Assembly (NCBI GenBank): GCA_973895155.1
Contig: OZ316896.1
Location: forward strand, 248,001 to 312,000
Direction of reading: 5' to 3'
Length of the DNA stretch: 64,000 nt
DNA from: Marsupella aquatica
Lineage: Eukaryota > Plantae > Marchantiophyta
Numbering within the stretch: position 1 is the first letter of the stretch; every line of letters begins with the position of its first letter. Of this stretch, positions 60,601 through 64,000 are shown one piece after another. The notes under the pieces were generated by a model that saw only the letters and a list, made by a program, of their open reading frames with translations, was not told the DNA's origin and searched no databases. The translations under genes and the position numbers were made by a program.

Positions 60601-63588
60601 TCTTCGTCAATTCTATGAGTGTAGTGGACAATCATTTTGTATCAAACTGATTAATATGCTAAATTGATATTGGTTGTATGTAATTCTGATGTAAATTGGA
60701 TATGGAGTTTCCAAATTGCTGTTGCCCCTACATTAAATGTACCCTCTTGATTCAACTTGACAAAGCTTTCGATAGCTAATCTGTCTTGAAAATTCTCCTT
60801 GCTCTTGATTCAGCCAGTTTAGCAGAGCTGGGTTGTTCGTGTGGAAAGCAGTGAGCCTTCCCCTCTCCCAAAGCTTGTAGCTGAGATGGGTGGTCACGTG
60901 TAGCAAGAGCCAAATTGGGAGAGCTTGCAACTGAGTCAGGTGGTCAGGTGTAGCAAGAGCCAGTTGCTACAAGGAGAACGAACTGTTGTGTGCTTAGCAC
61001 CTTTGCTACCGATCTCCAAGATTCTCAAGTGATGCTTTGAGGATTAATGAATGATATGTTTTCCTGGCCATCTCCTCATCCCACAATAATATTTGGTTGG
61101 AGTTAATTTTGGAAGGATTGAGTAAATCGAGGGAGAAATAAAACGAAATTCCTCTAGAGTTGTAAAACAAGGGGTTAACGAAACTTGGGACAATGTTGGA
61201 CTTCCCTAAATAAGGTATCTGGTGACTTGTCTCTATCAGATGAGGCTATAAGCATAGAGTTTGAAGATAGACACTCATTCCCTTCAACTTAGCAATGTGA
61301 AGTCAATGCTAGCTGGCAAATATATATTTTAGACGAATGATTAGCAAGATTCCAAAAATATGGTCTAGCTCCCAAAGATCTACCCTCTAATAGACATGGA
61401 ACCTTGTTTGATTGCTTTCCAGATAGTGCTGATAGGTTGATAATTCAAAGAATTGAGTTTGACACTTTTAGCAGTATAATCTGGGATTCTTCATGAGGAG
61501 AGCATGTGCAAGGTGATTGTCCATTGCCAACCGAGCTGAATAAGCTTTGCAACTGGCAATCCATAGGACAAGTTGTGGTTGCTTAGTACACTACCCTGAA
61601 TGCTCGAGCTTTGCTTGTAAAACGATGGTGAGTTATGCCCGCTTCCAGTTCCAAGCCCAACTCTAGCTATGCCCTTACCCTAGCTTTAGTTTGCCCTTTA
61701 TTACATAGAGACAGGAGTAGATAAGCTTTCTCCCGGGGTAAGTCAACCATGCCTCCGTCAAACTTTGTAGGTCTCAGCAAGACTTGCGTAACTTGAGGTA
61801 ATGTGTCCAGATGGTGACGGAAAGCACTCAGTGTTTTTTTACCTGGTTTTCCTTGGCTGTTAGTGTATTACTTTGATTGTACGATATGCAGCGATGACCC
61901 GTTCCAGTACCACGGAGTACTTTCCAGATTTTCTCACAGAATTACTGTTTGAAAAGTTTCGGGTGTTCCAGTTGTTCTCGAAAACATGCCAATGCGGCGG
62001 GGAGACAGAAAAGGCTTTCGCACTTGATTAAAAAAAATTGTAGTGTACGAAAATAAGAGAAACGGAAATAGTCTCCATGGAAATGTATTTTAAGAAGACA
62101 GTTAAAGAGAACTGCTGCTTGACGTCAGGAGGAGTCTCGGACAATTCCTCGAGGTTTCCCAGTTCTTTATCTGGTACGAAAGAGTCGATAGAGACTACAA
62201 AGTGTTGTTTCTCGTAGAACACCCTGCTTTGGAAGCCCAACATCTACAGCTCTTAAGTCTCCACTGCAAAAAGCAATGACTATCCATGTCATCGTAGCCC
62301 TCACCTGCTGCAAACAGTTCTCTCGTGAGCAACTCTCATATGATTTACAGAGAACACGTGAATGGTATTCGAGTAAATAGTCTAAGACGTGAGAAATTTG
62401 CTACTTGTTCGACAAATACGAGGCCGTGCCATGTGGGGGTTACAATATCAGCCCCTAAATAGCTACATCTAGCTACATCTCCCACCTGTAGACTAGAGGT
62501 TGATTTGGGAAACACATAGGCAGACAGCCCGACCTAGAGATATCTTTCTCCCATCTTAGACGTTTGAAATCATAAATAGTATAATAAATCACAGACAGCC
62601 AACCTAATCAGGTCAAAGTTAGACCCAGAGAACAACTCTCCTCGAATGCAGATCTCCGTCTACGGCTGTCCCTCCGACATGTAAAATAGCAATTAATAAG
62701 AGCGAGCACTAATATATAATGAGGGAACCCGGTGAAGGTGAATTGTCACGTGTCTATTGTCACATCTATTGAGCGCCATTGCTTGAAGACGGTAATGTAT
62801 CACTGTTGTGAAATTTTACTACTAAAACATCCATTTGACACCTTTCCAGTCGGAGACTCTTGCAGTCGATGAGCCAGAGTACCTGTCCCCAAGATCTCTG
62901 CCTGAAGGTTGGGTTTAACTTGCTGATGGTCACTTGACTAAGAGATCTCATTTGCTGCAAGAATTCATAACAGTAAATATTTTATAGTTCTCCATTTACA
63001 TGCTGAGCTTGACCTCTGAAGAGGTTCACTTCGGAATGTACCTCACCGAGCTTTTTCTTTAACCGAATTAGCTGCTGGTGGGACAAAGCGAACAGGGATA
63101 GTCATTCCCAGACAGAGGATGTCTCAGTGTGTACTCAGGAATGAGGAATAAGAAAATTAATTAGGCAAACCTCACTCGTATTCTTTCCCACGATGCCGGT
63201 TCGACCCTCGGAAGCAATAAGTTATAAAGAGCCAAAGGGAACTTGCGGGGCTTGCAAGCACTCTGCACATATGATTCTTTCAAATCATGAAGCACCTGCA
63301 GCATCACAAAACCATACGGCTGTGATGGTCCTCATCCACACCAAAGACGCAAAATCTCGTCTAGGGCGACTCCTCGCTGGACTGTATGTTTTGCTGTTTT
63401 CATGACTTTAGACAAGACACAACGTAGCAGCGCTCCATGGTCCATGACCTCCTCTTGTTTGAGACCCAAAAGTTACGAACAGCAAATTTGTCTCAGAATG
63501 AGTGTGAGGTGCGATATACGGAGAAGAGGAATTATCCGCAGTAATAAGCAACAATTCCTCTCTGTTTCCCAGTCGTTCTTGAGTTATC

Positions 63589-64000
63589 TCAAAGCCTTGG
63601 GATTCCCTGCTTTTCTCTCTCTTTCCAAAGTGCCTGAGCTCTCTCAGAACCTCGACGAGGCCCCTGCTTTTGATATCGCTTAAAGTTCCGTTTGGCTCTT
63701 TGAGGATTTTTCCTCTTCAACCGTTGACGACCCTCTGGATCCTGGCCAGCGTTGGCTTTCTTGTCGTTTTCGAGCTTCTCTGCATATTTTGCGTCCAGGA
63801 TGAATCTCATTTTCCCATGAATTGTTGGCTCTGGCGTTAACCCTTTCTCTAGCATTTCTTTGTGATACTTAAAAGCATTGGTAAACTCACGGCGCCTGAT
63901 GAAAGCATATATGATGGTGCAATATGTGAAGGAGTCAGGCTGACAACCTGTAGCTCGCATCTCTAACAATACTTTTCGCAGTTTTGTGCATACACCACCT
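63589..64000 (-). CDS. P-type PPR protein C-terminus (resembles Arabidopsis At5g50280/EMB1006), runs off window
   Basis: EMRATGCQPDSFTYCTIIYAFIRRREFTNAFKYHKEMLEKGLTPE..KMRFIL; PPR consensus; orthology from recall only. Confidence 0.8.
   Translation of the reverse strand, partial: GGVCTKLRKVLLEMRATGCQPDSFTYCTIIYAFIRRREFTNAFKYHKEMLEKGLTPEPTIHGKMRFILDAKYAEKLENDKKANAGQDPEGRQRLKRKNPQRAKRNFKRYQKQGPRRGSERAQALWKEREKQGIPRL

Noticed and set aside
57700-63500. Scattered short ORFs and small duplications
   Set aside because: No coherent coding signal or element boundaries recognised.

Overview
Repeat-rich land-plant nuclear DNA, probably a bryophyte/moss (inferred from the style of the PPR-DYW and UBC22 proteins). 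Host genes: the 3' part of a HemK2/N6AMT1 methyltransferase interrupted by a retrotransposon, a PLS-DYW PPR RNA-editing factor, a six-exon UBC22/UBE2S E2 enzyme, and the 3' end of a P-type PPR gene. The rest is transposons: Ty3/Gypsy (two), CACTA, Helitron, LINE, Copia and fold-back elements. The stand-out is the young minus-strand Ty3/Gypsy element at 1-12155. Its 4.6-kb LTR (7529-12155; bounded by TG..CA inverted ends, a tRNA-Asn-type PBS and a PPT) itself contains an intact ~1200-aa ORF with a PMD-like region and a long coiled coil. Its Gag-PR and RT-RH-IN frames are joined by an in-frame G_GAU_UUU slippery site followed by an H-type pseudoknot, i.e. a probable programmed -1 frameshift. A second Gypsy remnant has an integrase ending in a PHD finger. 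All identifications are by-eye motif recognition; no database searches were run.
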